This document shows, piece by piece, positions 8,297-17,782 of a stretch of DNA of 58,057 nucleotides. The notes beneath the pieces are model-generated. The model was not told the origin of the DNA, searched no databases, and saw only the letters and a program-made list of their open reading frames with translations. Positions within the stretch are counted from its first letter, which is position 1. Each line of letters opens with the position of its first letter. Position numbers and translations under genes: made by a program. Origin of the DNA: a virus (Duplodnaviria; Caudoviricetes); IMG/VR virus record IMGVR_UViG_3300030103_002567, positions 1 to 58,057 of that record; one strand, given 5' to 3'.

Positions 8297-8797
8297 ATGG
8301 CACATCAAAAATTACAGACAGAAAGAGCGTATAGCGTAATACTTAACGGAGCGAATCAAGTTGCTATTCCAGACCCAGCGCTACAATATGCGTCTGGTGT
8401 TACAGAAGCCTACACAGGCTCAGCTCTAACTCCTAACAATCCAATGCAGGACAACGACGCAACATTTATAACTTCAGGCGCTGAGGTTGGAGACTTCATA
8501 ATAAACACTACCGCAGGAGCAGAGGCTATAACTAAGGTTAGAGAGGTTATAAGTGAGACGGTTCTAAATTTAGATGACAATATATTTTCAGCTAATCAAA
8601 ACTATATTATATACAAGAGGTCTGAAAATTCATCATGTGTTCTATATGTTGGGGGAGCAGGTGATGTTTCTGTAAGAACAATAGGTGGGGACGAGGTTGT
8701 CTTCAAAGCTATTCCAGCAGGCACATTTATACCAGTTCAAGTAACTCACGTTGGTTTATCAGGTCACACCGCCACTGACATCATAGCACTTAGGTAA
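8297..8797 (+). CDS. Putative virion structural (spike/fibre base-like) protein
   Basis: C-terminal LYVGGAGDVSV...F.AIPAGTFIPVQV...TATDIIAL motif plus an inserted D..ATF beta module. Confidence 0.6.
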   Translation: MAHQKLQTERAYSVILNGANQVAIPDPALQYASGVTEAYTGSALTPNNPMQDNDATFITSGAEVGDFIINTTAGAEAITKVREVISETVLNLDDNIFSANQNYIIYKRSENSSCVLYVGGAGDVSVRTIGGDEVVFKAIPAGTFIPVQVTHVGLSGHTATDIIALR

Positions 8798-9642
8798 TGA
8801 TAGCCATATTTAATGGCATATCAGTTGGGCGACCTTGCATCCCAATGGATGGAGCCTCATTGTTGCTTGATGAGTATGGTGCAAACATAACTGCAGCATA
8901 TTCACTAAGAAAGCTACGTACTGCTTACACAGGTTCGGCTATTAGAATTAGAAGGTTTAGCGATAATACAGAGCAAGACATAGGATTTGATTCGGATGGT
9001 AACTTAGACACTACAGCAATAACATCTTTTGTTGGTTCAAACTCTGCCGCTGTTGTGACTTGGTATGAGCAAAGCGGTCAAGCAAGTAATTGGAATCTAA
9101 CCAACTCAACAACAACAGCACAGCCACGCATCACAGACTCAAGTGGGAATATATATACTTTAAATGGCAAGCCTGCAATCCAAGACACAAGTGGACCGCA
9201 AAGGCTAAGTTTCAATACAACGTTTGGAAATGCACCTTCAGCAATAAATCAGCCTTTTCATACTTTCAGTTTAGTGAAATACAGTAACACGTCTGACAAA
9301 GTTTTATTTGATGGTGAGTCGGGAGATGTTAGAATCTCTGCATATTATGGTGGAGTGTATAGAATAGGCGCAGGCACAAATGTAAACACAGGCACAACAC
9401 AGAGCAACACTCAAGTTCTTGTTGATGCAAGTTTTAACGGCACAAGCTCCTACCTGCTTGAAAATAATGTAAGTCAAGGCACAAGTCTAAACATTGGCAC
9501 AAACAATATGAGCAGACTTTACTTAATGGGTAAGTCAAGGGTGCTTGGTCAGACTCAAGAATTTATCATATATGGTGCAGATGTTACAACAGATAGGGCT
9601 AACATTGCCACAAACATTAACACATACTATTCAATTTATTAA
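8797..9642 (+). CDS. Putative receptor-binding/fibre protein with a ConA/LamG-like beta-sandwich
   Basis: AAYSLRKLRTAYTGSAIRIRR..DNTEQDIGFD, VVTWYEQSG, QEFIIY...IATNINTYYSIY; Ser/Thr/Asn-rich. Confidence 0.65.
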   Translation: MIAIFNGISVGRPCIPMDGASLLLDEYGANITAAYSLRKLRTAYTGSAIRIRRFSDNTEQDIGFDSDGNLDTTAITSFVGSNSAAVVTWYEQSGQASNWNLTNSTTTAQPRITDSSGNIYTLNGKPAIQDTSGPQRLSFNTTFGNAPSAINQPFHTFSLVKYSNTSDKVLFDGESGDVRISAYYGGVYRIGAGTNVNTGTTQSNTQVLVDASFNGTSSYLLENNVSQGTSLNIGTNNMSRLYLMGKSRVLGQTQEFIIYGADVTTDRANIATNINTYYSIY

Positions 9643-9644
9643 TT

Positions 9645-9926
9645 ATGCATCTATACTATCCATTCCCTGACGAACAAGCTGTCATTGAGGCAAGTTTAGA
9701 TATATATGACTTGAACGCACCTCCAAGAGATGAGCGTGTAACGTTATATTCTTTTGATTGGTTTCCCAATTCAGGTAATTCAACCTATGTTCTCGCATGG
9801 GAGGATGAGGAGCAAACATTTGATACAGGAGATATACTAGATGGAATTACAGGACTTACAGAAGAAGAAGCCATTGACGCAGGCTATCAATTGGGTGAAG
9901 AGCATAGTGGCAGAGCCAACGCTTAA
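9645..9926 (+). CDS. Acidic hypothetical protein (possible fibre chaperone)
   Basis: Directly follows the fibre gene; acidic. Confidence 0.55.
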   Translation: MHLYYPFPDEQAVIEASLDIYDLNAPPRDERVTLYSFDWFPNSGNSTYVLAWEDEEQTFDTGDILDGITGLTEEEAIDAGYQLGEEHSGRANA

Positions 9927-10635
9927 CTTGAGGGAAGCAGTTCCATATATGTTCTGCATATTCCTTGCGTTCATGCTACTAAACAAGTGTGAGCAGGAGA
10001 AGGGGTATCAGCAGGAGATAAAGAGAATTGAAAATAATAACGTTGCCCTACTAGACACTATCCGAAACTACATGGATGACGATGGCTTATATGCTGCTGA
10101 TATCAGGGCACTGAACCTAAAGCTGGATGAGTTAGGCGATAGTATAGCAGTCGATAGGTCTCAACCACCTGTAACCATAACCAATCAGACAACAGAGATA
10201 CGAGAGACTATTGAAGTCCCTGCGTTTATATACGACACAATTACTATAGTAAACACCGATACATTCTATAAGCAGATATACGTGGAGCGCACGGACACGT
10301 TCGGAAAGAGCAATAGGTCCATAGAGGTGACTATACCTACTGATGGCGTAGTAGTGGCGGATGCTATAATAAACCTAGAGCAGGACATATGGGTTGAGAA
10401 CACGATTGAGCAGAACAATAAGACGGGTGAGGTGTTCTTTAGAATGAGAACTGACTACCCAGGAGTTACGTTCAATAATGCAAGTGCTATACTAGTAGAC
10501 CCGAAGCAACTTGTAAAGGTACGCAAATCTTTTGGTGTTGGTTTTCAGACGGGTATAGGCATCACAACAACGGGTCAAACAAGGCATTACATAGGTGTGG
10601 GTATCCACTATTCGCCTAAGTTTTTACAATGGTAA
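9841..10635 (+). CDS. Membrane-anchored coiled-coil protein with C-terminal amphipathic beta strands (spanin-like candidate)
   Basis: TM segment YMFCIFLAFMLL, coiled coil, C-terminal FGVGFQTGIG...YIGVGIHY; next to the holin. Confidence 0.5.
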   Translation: MELQDLQKKKPLTQAINWVKSIVAEPTLNLREAVPYMFCIFLAFMLLNKCEQEKGYQQEIKRIENNNVALLDTIRNYMDDDGLYAADIRALNLKLDELGDSIAVDRSQPPVTITNQTTEIRETIEVPAFIYDTITIVNTDTFYKQIYVERTDTFGKSNRSIEVTIPTDGVVVADAIINLEQDIWVENTIEQNNKTGEVFFRMRTDYPGVTFNNASAILVDPKQLVKVRKSFGVGFQTGIGITTTGQTRHYIGVGIHYSPKFLQW

Positions 10636-10656
10636 AAAAGTATTAATTTTAAGGGC

Positions 10657-10917
10657 ATGAAACTGATAACGAAAGAGACCGTTGTCGGCATGCCAATGTC
10701 AACCTTTGTATGGATAATGGGAATTATATTCTCAGTATTCTTGGCATACTTTGAATTGAAAGCTGAAATAGACGAGGCCAAGAAGATGCCTCCACAAGAA
10801 ATATCCGCTGAAGAGATTAAAGTTTCTCTTGACGGAATTCAAAAACAGCTTGACTTAATGAATACTAAAATCGACAGACTTGATGAGAGACTTTACGAAC
10901 TCAATTCTGCAGAGTAA
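10657..10917 (+). CDS. Single-TM coiled-coil membrane protein
   Basis: TM FVWIMGIIFSVFLAYF followed by a heptad-like tail KIDRLDERLY. Confidence 0.7.
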   Translation: MKLITKETVVGMPMSTFVWIMGIIFSVFLAYFELKAEIDEAKKMPPQEISAEEIKVSLDGIQKQLDLMNTKIDRLDERLYELNSAE

Positions 10918-11158
10918 AGGTTGGGAGATATTTCGTGCTGGCTGGAGACCAACTATAGGTTGGGTGTGTGGGCTGGCACTTTTTTACAACTTTATTGCTA
11001 GAGATATTATTGTTATCTTCACGGAACGATATGGCGAACCTGCACAGATGGAACATCTGATTACAATACTTGTAACGATGCTTGGTCTAGGCGGGATGAG
11101 GACATACGAAAAAATTAAACAAAATGAAATTAAAGAAAGAACAACTAGAATCGATTAA
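10880..11158 (+). CDS. Holin of the 3TM / GTA-holin type (short form)
   Basis: GWRPTIGWVCGLAL.YNFI and L..MLGLGGMRTYEK signatures. Confidence 0.85.
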   Translation: MMRDFTNSILQSKGWEIFRAGWRPTIGWVCGLALFYNFIARDIIVIFTERYGEPAQMEHLITILVTMLGLGGMRTYEKIKQNEIKERTTRID

Positions 11159-11360
11159 GGAATTAAGGTCTAGAATGGCAAGGCTAACTGATACTATTGC
11201 TAGACTAGAGATGCACAAGCACCAAGTGATTCAGGAATCTGTTGCTACGGGCAAAGCGCTTCAAGCATTAGAGGATAGCATTACGACTGAGCACGGGGCA
11301 GATGTATCTGTTAATTTAGAAACAGGAGAAATAAATAAAAAGAATGGGAAAGATATCTGA
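11124..11360 (+). CDS. Small coiled-coil protein
   Basis: Heptad pattern ending in VNLETGEI. Confidence 0.7.
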   Translation: MKLKKEQLESIKELRSRMARLTDTIARLEMHKHQVIQESVATGKALQALEDSITTEHGADVSVNLETGEINKKNGKDI

Positions 11361-11898
11361 TACTTCAAAGTACGCTACAGTAACACCTGCAACGGGAGAC
11401 CTTATTGTTGGGACTGACGTAAGCGATTCTAACAATACGAAAACATTCAAGGTAGGTGAGATTGCTGGGCTAACTGGCGAGCACATGGAGTATTTTGATG
11501 GAACATCTGCTGCTGTTACTACGATAAGCAACACTTCTGACTTTTTTGTGCTAAACACAACAACAGCTAGCAATCTTTCAAACGGCAACCTAACTCACGC
11601 CAATAACAAGATAACATACACGGGAGCAGAGACAAAAACATTTAAGTTTGAGGCAACTTGCAGTGGAAGCTCAAGTAACAACAATGAAATACATTTTGCT
11701 TTTTTCAAAAACACTTCCATAATAACATCTAGCGAGCAGGACTCAGTAACATCTAGTGGGGGTAAGGCTGTGTCTACTCCTTTCCAATGCTTGGTTAGTT
11801 TGGCGAAGGATGATTTTGTTCAGGTTAGGGTAAAAAATGCTACGGGGGCAAACGACTTTACACTAGCCCATCTAAATGTTATTGCAACAGAAGTGTAA
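11344..11898 (+). CDS. Putative virion structural/fibre protein (184 aa)
   Basis: N-terminal KIS..Y....P...D.IVGTD....TKTF segment typical of fibre anchors; C1q/TNF-like C-terminus (LVSLAKDDFVQVRV). Confidence 0.55.
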   Translation: MGKISDTSKYATVTPATGDLIVGTDVSDSNNTKTFKVGEIAGLTGEHMEYFDGTSAAVTTISNTSDFFVLNTTTASNLSNGNLTHANNKITYTGAETKTFKFEATCSGSSSNNNEIHFAFFKNTSIITSSEQDSVTSSGGKAVSTPFQCLVSLAKDDFVQVRVKNATGANDFTLAHLNVIATEV

Positions 11899-12116
11899 TG
11901 CAAATCAGAAAAATTTCAATAGGAGCTGATTACAAGAACAGTGCTATGCACTATATCGTAGGGCAGGATGTTCTTGGAGGGGCTCACAAGATTCACTTAA
12001 TAAAAGAAGAGCAGGGTACATTTAAGGTTTGGATTGAGCAGAGAAACGAAGTGATGCTGTGGAAGTCCTTTGGCCCTAACATGCCTGTATCAGTAGAATA
12101 TAATATTAATTTTTAA
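11898..12116 (+). CDS. Hypothetical protein (72 aa, IRKISIGADYK..AMHY)
   Basis: TAATG coupling on both sides. Confidence 0.8.
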   Translation: MQIRKISIGADYKNSAMHYIVGQDVLGGAHKIHLIKEEQGTFKVWIEQRNEVMLWKSFGPNMPVSVEYNINF

Positions 12117-12640
12117 TGCAATCACCATATTGCTTCATCGTAAAGCCTGAGGGTGGCTTGCGATACAACAACGAGAATGAGTTTGGTCTTATCCTCAGCA
12201 ATACCCATGAAGACCATACAATCACTAATCGGAAAGCGTTAGTGGTAGAAACTCCTATTGGATACAAGGGAGATGTAAAGAAGGGGGATACCCTGATAGT
12301 TCATCACAACGTATTTAGAACTTACAACGACATGAAGGGTAGGCATCGAAGTGGCAGGAGCTACTTGAAGGATGACCTATTCCTGATTGACCCTGACCAA
12401 TTCTTTATGTACTCCCATAAGGGAGGCTGGAAGTGTCCAGGGAAGTATTGCTTCGTAAAACCTACAGGAGAGCACCTAACAGGAGAGATGAAGTACATAA
12501 ATAAAGAGCTAGAGGAGTTAGGTATACAATCTGGCGATTTAGTATCTTTTACTCCAGACAGTGAATACGAGTTTGAAATTGAAGGGGAAAAGCTATATAG
12601 AATGTTCACCAATAACATTTCTATTAAATGGAAAAAGTAG
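12116..12640 (+). CDS. Tandem GroES-like (double Cpn10-fold) protein
   Basis: Two GroES-like halves: FIVKP...LIL...ALVVETP...VKKGDTLIVHH and CFVKP...GIQSGDLVSF..EFEIEGEKLYRM...I. Confidence 0.65.
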   Translation: MQSPYCFIVKPEGGLRYNNENEFGLILSNTHEDHTITNRKALVVETPIGYKGDVKKGDTLIVHHNVFRTYNDMKGRHRSGRSYLKDDLFLIDPDQFFMYSHKGGWKCPGKYCFVKPTGEHLTGEMKYINKELEELGIQSGDLVSFTPDSEYEFEIEGEKLYRMFTNNISIKWKK

Positions 12641-12807
12641 AGAGGTGGCTTGATTGCGGATGTAAGCTCGTAAAAGTAAAAAGTAAATACAGATGGCAGA
12701 GATGTCCAAAGGCAGTAGAGATATATGAGCAATTCCAAAAAACAAAAGACCCTTCCTGGGATAGGAAGTACAGTGAACACTTCAAAGATAAAGTCAGAAA
12801 TTATTGA
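12628..12807 (+). CDS. Small hypothetical protein (59 aa, MEKVERWLDCGCK...)
   Basis: Hand translation; fills the gap between the GroES-like gene and the putative terminase small subunit. Confidence 0.5.
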   Translation: MEKVERWLDCGCKLVKVKSKYRWQRCPKAVEIYEQFQKTKDPSWDRKYSEHFKDKVRNY

Positions 12808-13042
12808 GGCAGGATACAAGGCTGTAAATCAATTAATAAAGGTTGCTCAAGAGGAGATAATAAAGCCCGACCCTGAGGACGAGCTTGCTGCTGACAGGTT
12901 GAAGAACGCTGCCGCCACAAAAAAATTAGCCATATTCGATGCTTTTGAGATACTATCAAGAATAGAATCTGAAAAAGAAACTTTAAATACTTCGGGAGGT
13001 AACACATCATTTACAGGATTTGCAGAACGAAACTCAAAATAA
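12773..13042 (+). CDS. Putative terminase small subunit
   Basis: Small helical protein overlapping the start of the large terminase; GTG start at 12773, alternative ATG at 12725. Confidence 0.55.
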   Translation: MNTSKIKSEIIEAGYKAVNQLIKVAQEEIIKPDPEDELAADRLKNAAATKKLAIFDAFEILSRIESEKETLNTSGGNTSFTGFAERNSK

Positions 13043-15263
13043 ATTATACGTAATATTAAACGACCATGTTCCAAAGACTGTTTTGGCTAAAAAGAACAAG
13101 GCTAAGTCTTGGGTTTACGGCTATGACAAGGTGCATGACATTGTCGTTATATCTAGAGATGGGACTATAGGAGACATCTATAATATCAATGGGTTGAACG
13201 TTGCACTACCTAGGCAGTCTAAAAATGCAATCAAGAGGTCTTCAAATGAGAGGAGTCAGTATTGGGAGAGGAGTGAATACCCCAAGAACCTAAAAAGAAT
13301 AAAAAGCATATTCCAGTGGAACGACATGTCTTCGGACTTCAAGTCGTCTTGGGTTGAATATATAGAGCAAGAGTTTGATAGGAGGGAGCATGGAGTTTGG
13401 TTTTACAACGCTGGGATTCCTACATATATTACAGGCTCACACTACATGTATTTGCAGTGGACTAAGATTGATGTTGGCTATCCTGATTATAGAGAAGCCA
13501 ATAGAATATTCTATATTTTTTGGGAGGCATGCAAGGCGGACAAGAGGTGCTTCGGAATGTGCTATTTAAAGATTAGGCGTTCAGGGTTTTCTTTTATGGG
13601 TGCGTCAGAGTCTGTTAATATGGCTACACTAGCTAAGGACTCTAGGATTGGTGTTTTATCCAAGACGGGTAACGATGCTAAGAAGCTATTCGTAGATAAG
13701 ATTGTGCCCATATCAAACAACTACCCGTTCTTTTTCAAACCTATTCAGGACGGTATGGACAGGCCTAAGACTGAGTTAGCGTATCGTGTTCCTGCATCTA
13801 AGATTACTAAGAAGAATATGCATCAGCTCGGTGACGATGATATAGATGGGTTGGACACAACTATAGACTGGAAGAACACAGCCGACAACAGTTATGATGG
13901 TGAGAAGCTTAAGCTATTGGTGCATGACGAGAGTGGCAAGTGGGAGAAACCTGAGAACATCCTGAACAACTGGCGTGTAACCAAGACTTGCCTAAGGTTG
14001 GGTAGCAGGGTTATAGGTAAGTGTATGATGGGCTCAACGTGTAATGCTCTAAACAAAGGAGGTAATAATTTCAAGAAACTATACGAGGACTCCAACCCAT
14101 CCAAGAGAAACGCCAATGGGCAAACTAAGAGTGGTCTATACTCATTATTCATTCCTATGGAGTGGAACTTCGAGGGATATATAGACAGGCACGGAATGCC
14201 TGTGTTTGCATCTCCCAAAACTTCTGTGGAGGGCGTGGACGGAGAGATGATAGATATGGGAGCTGTTGACTACTGGAATAACGAGATTGAGTCTTTGAAA
14301 GCTGATAGCAATGCGATGAATGAGTTCTATCGACAGTTCCCTAGGACAGAGTCTCACGCCTTCAGGGACGAGAGTAAGTCGTCTATATTCAACCTTACTA
14401 AAATATATCAGCAGGTAGACTATAATGATAATATGGTTCAGGCTCACACGCTAACCAGAGGTAGATTTTTCTGGAGTAACGGGCCTGACAGCAAGGTGGT
14501 GTGGAGTCCTGACAGGAACGGCAGGTTCTTGGTTTCTTGGCTTCCAAAGTCTAGTCTCCAGAACAATGTACTTGTAAGGAATGGGAGAAAGTACCCTGGC
14601 AATGAGCACATAGGCTCTTTTGGCTGTGACCCTTACGACATATCAGGAACTGTTGGCGGAGGCTCATCTAACGGTGCGCTTCACGGGATGACTAAGATGC
14701 ATATGGATGATGCACCAACCAATGAGTTCTTCTTAGAATATATAGCTAGGCCTCAGACAGCGGAGATGTTTTTCGAGGATGTGCTTATGGCTTGTGTATT
14801 CTATGGGATGCCAATACTTGTAGAGAACAATAAGCCGAGACTACTATATCATTTCAAGAACAGAGGGTATAGGTCATTCTCTATCAACAGGCCCGACAAA
14901 CCCTCTAACAAGCTCTCTAAGACCGAGAAAGAGCTTGGGGGTATACCTAACTCATCTGAGGATGTAAAGCAGTCTCATGCGTCAGCTATAGAGTCTTACA
15001 TAGAGAAGCATGTGGGGATAGATATGGACGGTTCTTTTAGAGAAGTTGGGGATATAGGCTCTATGTATTTTAATAACACCCTTTTGGACTGGGCTAAGTT
15101 TGATATAAACAATCGTACAAAGTACGATGCATCGATAAGTTCAGGGTTGGCTATTATGGCCAATCAAAAGCACCTTTATCAACCTCAAAAAGAAAGTTCA
15201 AAAATATCAATTAAATTTGCAAGATATAATAACAAGGGCAACACCAGTCAATTACGCCAATGA
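13020..15263 (+). CDS. terL: Terminase large subunit
   Basis: Walker A variant KIRRSGFS, Walker B LLVHDESGK, nuclease FGCDPYD and C-terminal D (KYDASISSG); precedes the portal. Confidence 0.92.
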   Translation: MQNETQNKLYVILNDHVPKTVLAKKNKAKSWVYGYDKVHDIVVISRDGTIGDIYNINGLNVALPRQSKNAIKRSSNERSQYWERSEYPKNLKRIKSIFQWNDMSSDFKSSWVEYIEQEFDRREHGVWFYNAGIPTYITGSHYMYLQWTKIDVGYPDYREANRIFYIFWEACKADKRCFGMCYLKIRRSGFSFMGASESVNMATLAKDSRIGVLSKTGNDAKKLFVDKIVPISNNYPFFFKPIQDGMDRPKTELAYRVPASKITKKNMHQLGDDDIDGLDTTIDWKNTADNSYDGEKLKLLVHDESGKWEKPENILNNWRVTKTCLRLGSRVIGKCMMGSTCNALNKGGNNFKKLYEDSNPSKRNANGQTKSGLYSLFIPMEWNFEGYIDRHGMPVFASPKTSVEGVDGEMIDMGAVDYWNNEIESLKADSNAMNEFYRQFPRTESHAFRDESKSSIFNLTKIYQQVDYNDNMVQAHTLTRGRFFWSNGPDSKVVWSPDRNGRFLVSWLPKSSLQNNVLVRNGRKYPGNEHIGSFGCDPYDISGTVGGGSSNGALHGMTKMHMDDAPTNEFFLEYIARPQTAEMFFEDVLMACVFYGMPILVENNKPRLLYHFKNRGYRSFSINRPDKPSNKLSKTEKELGGIPNSSEDVKQSHASAIESYIEKHVGIDMDGSFREVGDIGSMYFNNTLLDWAKFDINNRTKYDASISSGLAIMANQKHLYQPQKESSKISIKFARYNNKGNTSQLRQ

Positions 15264-17752
15264 AAGAAGTTAATATTAACATAGTCAAGAGAACATTTCC
15301 GAGTCAATTTGTAACCGATGAAGAAAAGGCTCTCCCTGAATTTGGCTTAAAGGTTGGTCAGGCAATACAGCACGAGTGGTTTAGAAGAGACGGGGGGTCT
15401 TGTAGATTTTATAATCAATTAGGTCAGTATCATAAACTAAGATTGTACGCAAGAGGTGAGCAGCCTGTGGGTAAGTACAAGAACGAGCTAGCTATAGATG
15501 GAGACCTAAGCTATCTAAACCTAGACTGGACACCAGTGCCTATCATTCCTAAGTTCGTTGACATTGTGGTAAATGGAATGTCAAGTCGATACTTCGACGT
15601 AAAGGCATATGCTCAAGACCCCGTATCCTCTGAGAGAAGAAATCTTTTCAAGGATATGGTAGAGGCCGATATGGCTGCAAGAGAGCTTCTTTTACAAGTA
15701 AAGGAAGACTTTGGCGTTGAAACATTTAATATACCTGAGGAAGAGCTACCAGGAAGCGACGAGGAGCTATCAATCTATATGCAGTTAAATTATAAGCCTG
15801 CAGTGGAGATGACAGCAGAGGAGGCAATCAAGACTGTTATGCTCGATAATAATTACGAGGATACAAGAAAAAGACTTGACTACGACCTCACTGTGCTAGG
15901 TAAGGCTATCGTTAAGCATGAGTTTAATCCAGGCGATGGCGTTAGTATCAAGTATGTTGACCCTGCGAATGTGATACATAGCTACACTGAAGACCCACAC
16001 TTCCAAGATTGTTTCTATTGGGGAGAGGTTAAGACCGTTCCTATTACGGAGCTAATAAAGATTAATCCGTCACTAGGCCCAGAGGACCTTGAAAAAATAT
16101 CAAAGTACAGCCAAAGCTGGTATGACTATTACAATGTAACACAGTTCTACAATGACGATGTGTTCAAGAGAGACACAGCCACTTTACTGTATTTCAACTA
16201 CAAGACAACCAACACATTCAAGTACAAAAAGAAAGTATCTGACAACGGCATCGAAAAAGTTATAGAGAAGCCATCTAGCTTCAACCCTCCACAGGAAATG
16301 GTAGATGAGGGTCGCTTTGAGGTTATCGAGAAAACTATTGATGTGTGGTATGAGGGGGTGATGGTTATGGGTACTGACATCGTGTTAAGATGGAATCTAA
16401 TGCAGAATATGGTTAGGCCAAAGTCTGCCTCTCAGCATGCAATGCCAAACTATGTATGTGTAGCTCCAAGGCTCTATAAAGGGAATGTGGAGTCTTTGGT
16501 AAGAAGAATGATTCCTTTCGCTGACCTCATCCAGATTACACACCTCAAGCTTCAGCAGGTTATGAATCGAATGACTCCAGATGGGGTATTCATTGATGCT
16601 GATGGCCTTAACGAGGTAGACTTAGGAACAGGGGCGGCATACAATCCTGAAGATGCACTTAGGCTATACTTCCAGACAGGTTCTGTTGTTGGCCGCTCTT
16701 ACACACAAGATGGAGAGTTCAACAATGCTAGAATTCCTATCCAACCTATTTCAGGTCACTCTGGGCAGGGCAAGATGTCTTCTCTGATAGGTAGCTACAA
16801 CTATTACCTGGACATGATAAGAAGTGTTACGGGTCTCAATGAGGCTAGAGATGGCTCAACGCCTGACCCCAACGCACTTGTAGGTGTTCAGAAAATGGCG
16901 GCACTAAACTCTAACACTGCCACTAGGCATATCCTTGATGGTAGCTTATCTATTATCAAGAGGCTTTCAGAGAGCCTTATGCTAAGAATATCTGATATAC
17001 TTGAATATGCTCCATTCAGAGAGGAGTTCGCAATGCAAATAGGTAAGCACAGTGTTTCTATGCTTGAAGACATTCAGGACTTATACCTAAGTGATTTTGG
17101 CATATTTATTAGCATCGCTCCAGATGAAGAGCAAAGAGCTATGTTGGAGCAGAACATACAAATAGCATTAAGCTCTGGAGACATCACTCTTGAGGATGCG
17201 ATTGATATTCGAGAGATAAAGAATATTAAGCTAGCCAATCAGGTTATTAAAATCAGGAGAGCAGTTCGAGAGAAGAATAGACAGAATCCTGAAATCATGA
17301 AACTTCAGATGAATCAGCAGGGGCAAATGCAGTCACAGCAACTAGCAGGACAGATAGCTGCACAGAAAATGCAGGTTCAGTCTCAGTTGAACATGCAGGA
17401 GGAACAGGCTAAGCTGCAGCTTGAAATGCAGAAAATGCAAATGGAGGCTGAGGTTAAGAGTAAACTCATGGCTGAGCAGTTTGAGTATGATATGCAGCTC
17501 AAGGGCAAGGATGATGAAAACCTAAAGAGCAGAGATGATGCAAAGGAAAAGGCTAAAGACAAAAGAGTCGATAGACAGAACACTCAGCAGTCTCAGCTTA
17601 TAGACCAAAGGAAGAAGGATTTACCACCAAAAGACTTTGAAAAGCAAAAGGAGGTTGATGAAACGCCACAGGCTCCCACTCCTGCGCAGTCAATGTTGTC
17701 CGCAATGAATCAAGCAGATGGCTTTGACTTCCGCCAATTCGGGCCTCGATAA
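15260..17752 (+). CDS. Portal protein
   Basis: 830 aa after terL; IIPKFVDIVVNG, YYLDMIRSVTGLNEARDG, Q-rich C-terminal coiled coil typical of podovirus portals. Confidence 0.88.
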   Translation: MKEVNINIVKRTFPSQFVTDEEKALPEFGLKVGQAIQHEWFRRDGGSCRFYNQLGQYHKLRLYARGEQPVGKYKNELAIDGDLSYLNLDWTPVPIIPKFVDIVVNGMSSRYFDVKAYAQDPVSSERRNLFKDMVEADMAARELLLQVKEDFGVETFNIPEEELPGSDEELSIYMQLNYKPAVEMTAEEAIKTVMLDNNYEDTRKRLDYDLTVLGKAIVKHEFNPGDGVSIKYVDPANVIHSYTEDPHFQDCFYWGEVKTVPITELIKINPSLGPEDLEKISKYSQSWYDYYNVTQFYNDDVFKRDTATLLYFNYKTTNTFKYKKKVSDNGIEKVIEKPSSFNPPQEMVDEGRFEVIEKTIDVWYEGVMVMGTDIVLRWNLMQNMVRPKSASQHAMPNYVCVAPRLYKGNVESLVRRMIPFADLIQITHLKLQQVMNRMTPDGVFIDADGLNEVDLGTGAAYNPEDALRLYFQTGSVVGRSYTQDGEFNNARIPIQPISGHSGQGKMSSLIGSYNYYLDMIRSVTGLNEARDGSTPDPNALVGVQKMAALNSNTATRHILDGSLSIIKRLSESLMLRISDILEYAPFREEFAMQIGKHSVSMLEDIQDLYLSDFGIFISIAPDEEQRAMLEQNIQIALSSGDITLEDAIDIREIKNIKLANQVIKIRRAVREKNRQNPEIMKLQMNQQGQMQSQQLAGQIAAQKMQVQSQLNMQEEQAKLQLEMQKMQMEAEVKSKLMAEQFEYDMQLKGKDDENLKSRDDAKEKAKDKRVDRQNTQQSQLIDQRKKDLPPKDFEKQKEVDETPQAPTPAQSMLSAMNQADGFDFRQFGPR

Positions 17753-17759
17753 AATATAG

Positions 17760-17767
17760 TATATTTG
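17760..17767 (+). promoter_or_regulatory. Bacteroidota sigma-A -7 box TATATTTG
   Basis: Exact TAnnTTTG upstream of the scaffold/capsid genes. Confidence 0.65.
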
Positions 17768-17782
17768 CAAAAATAAAATTAA

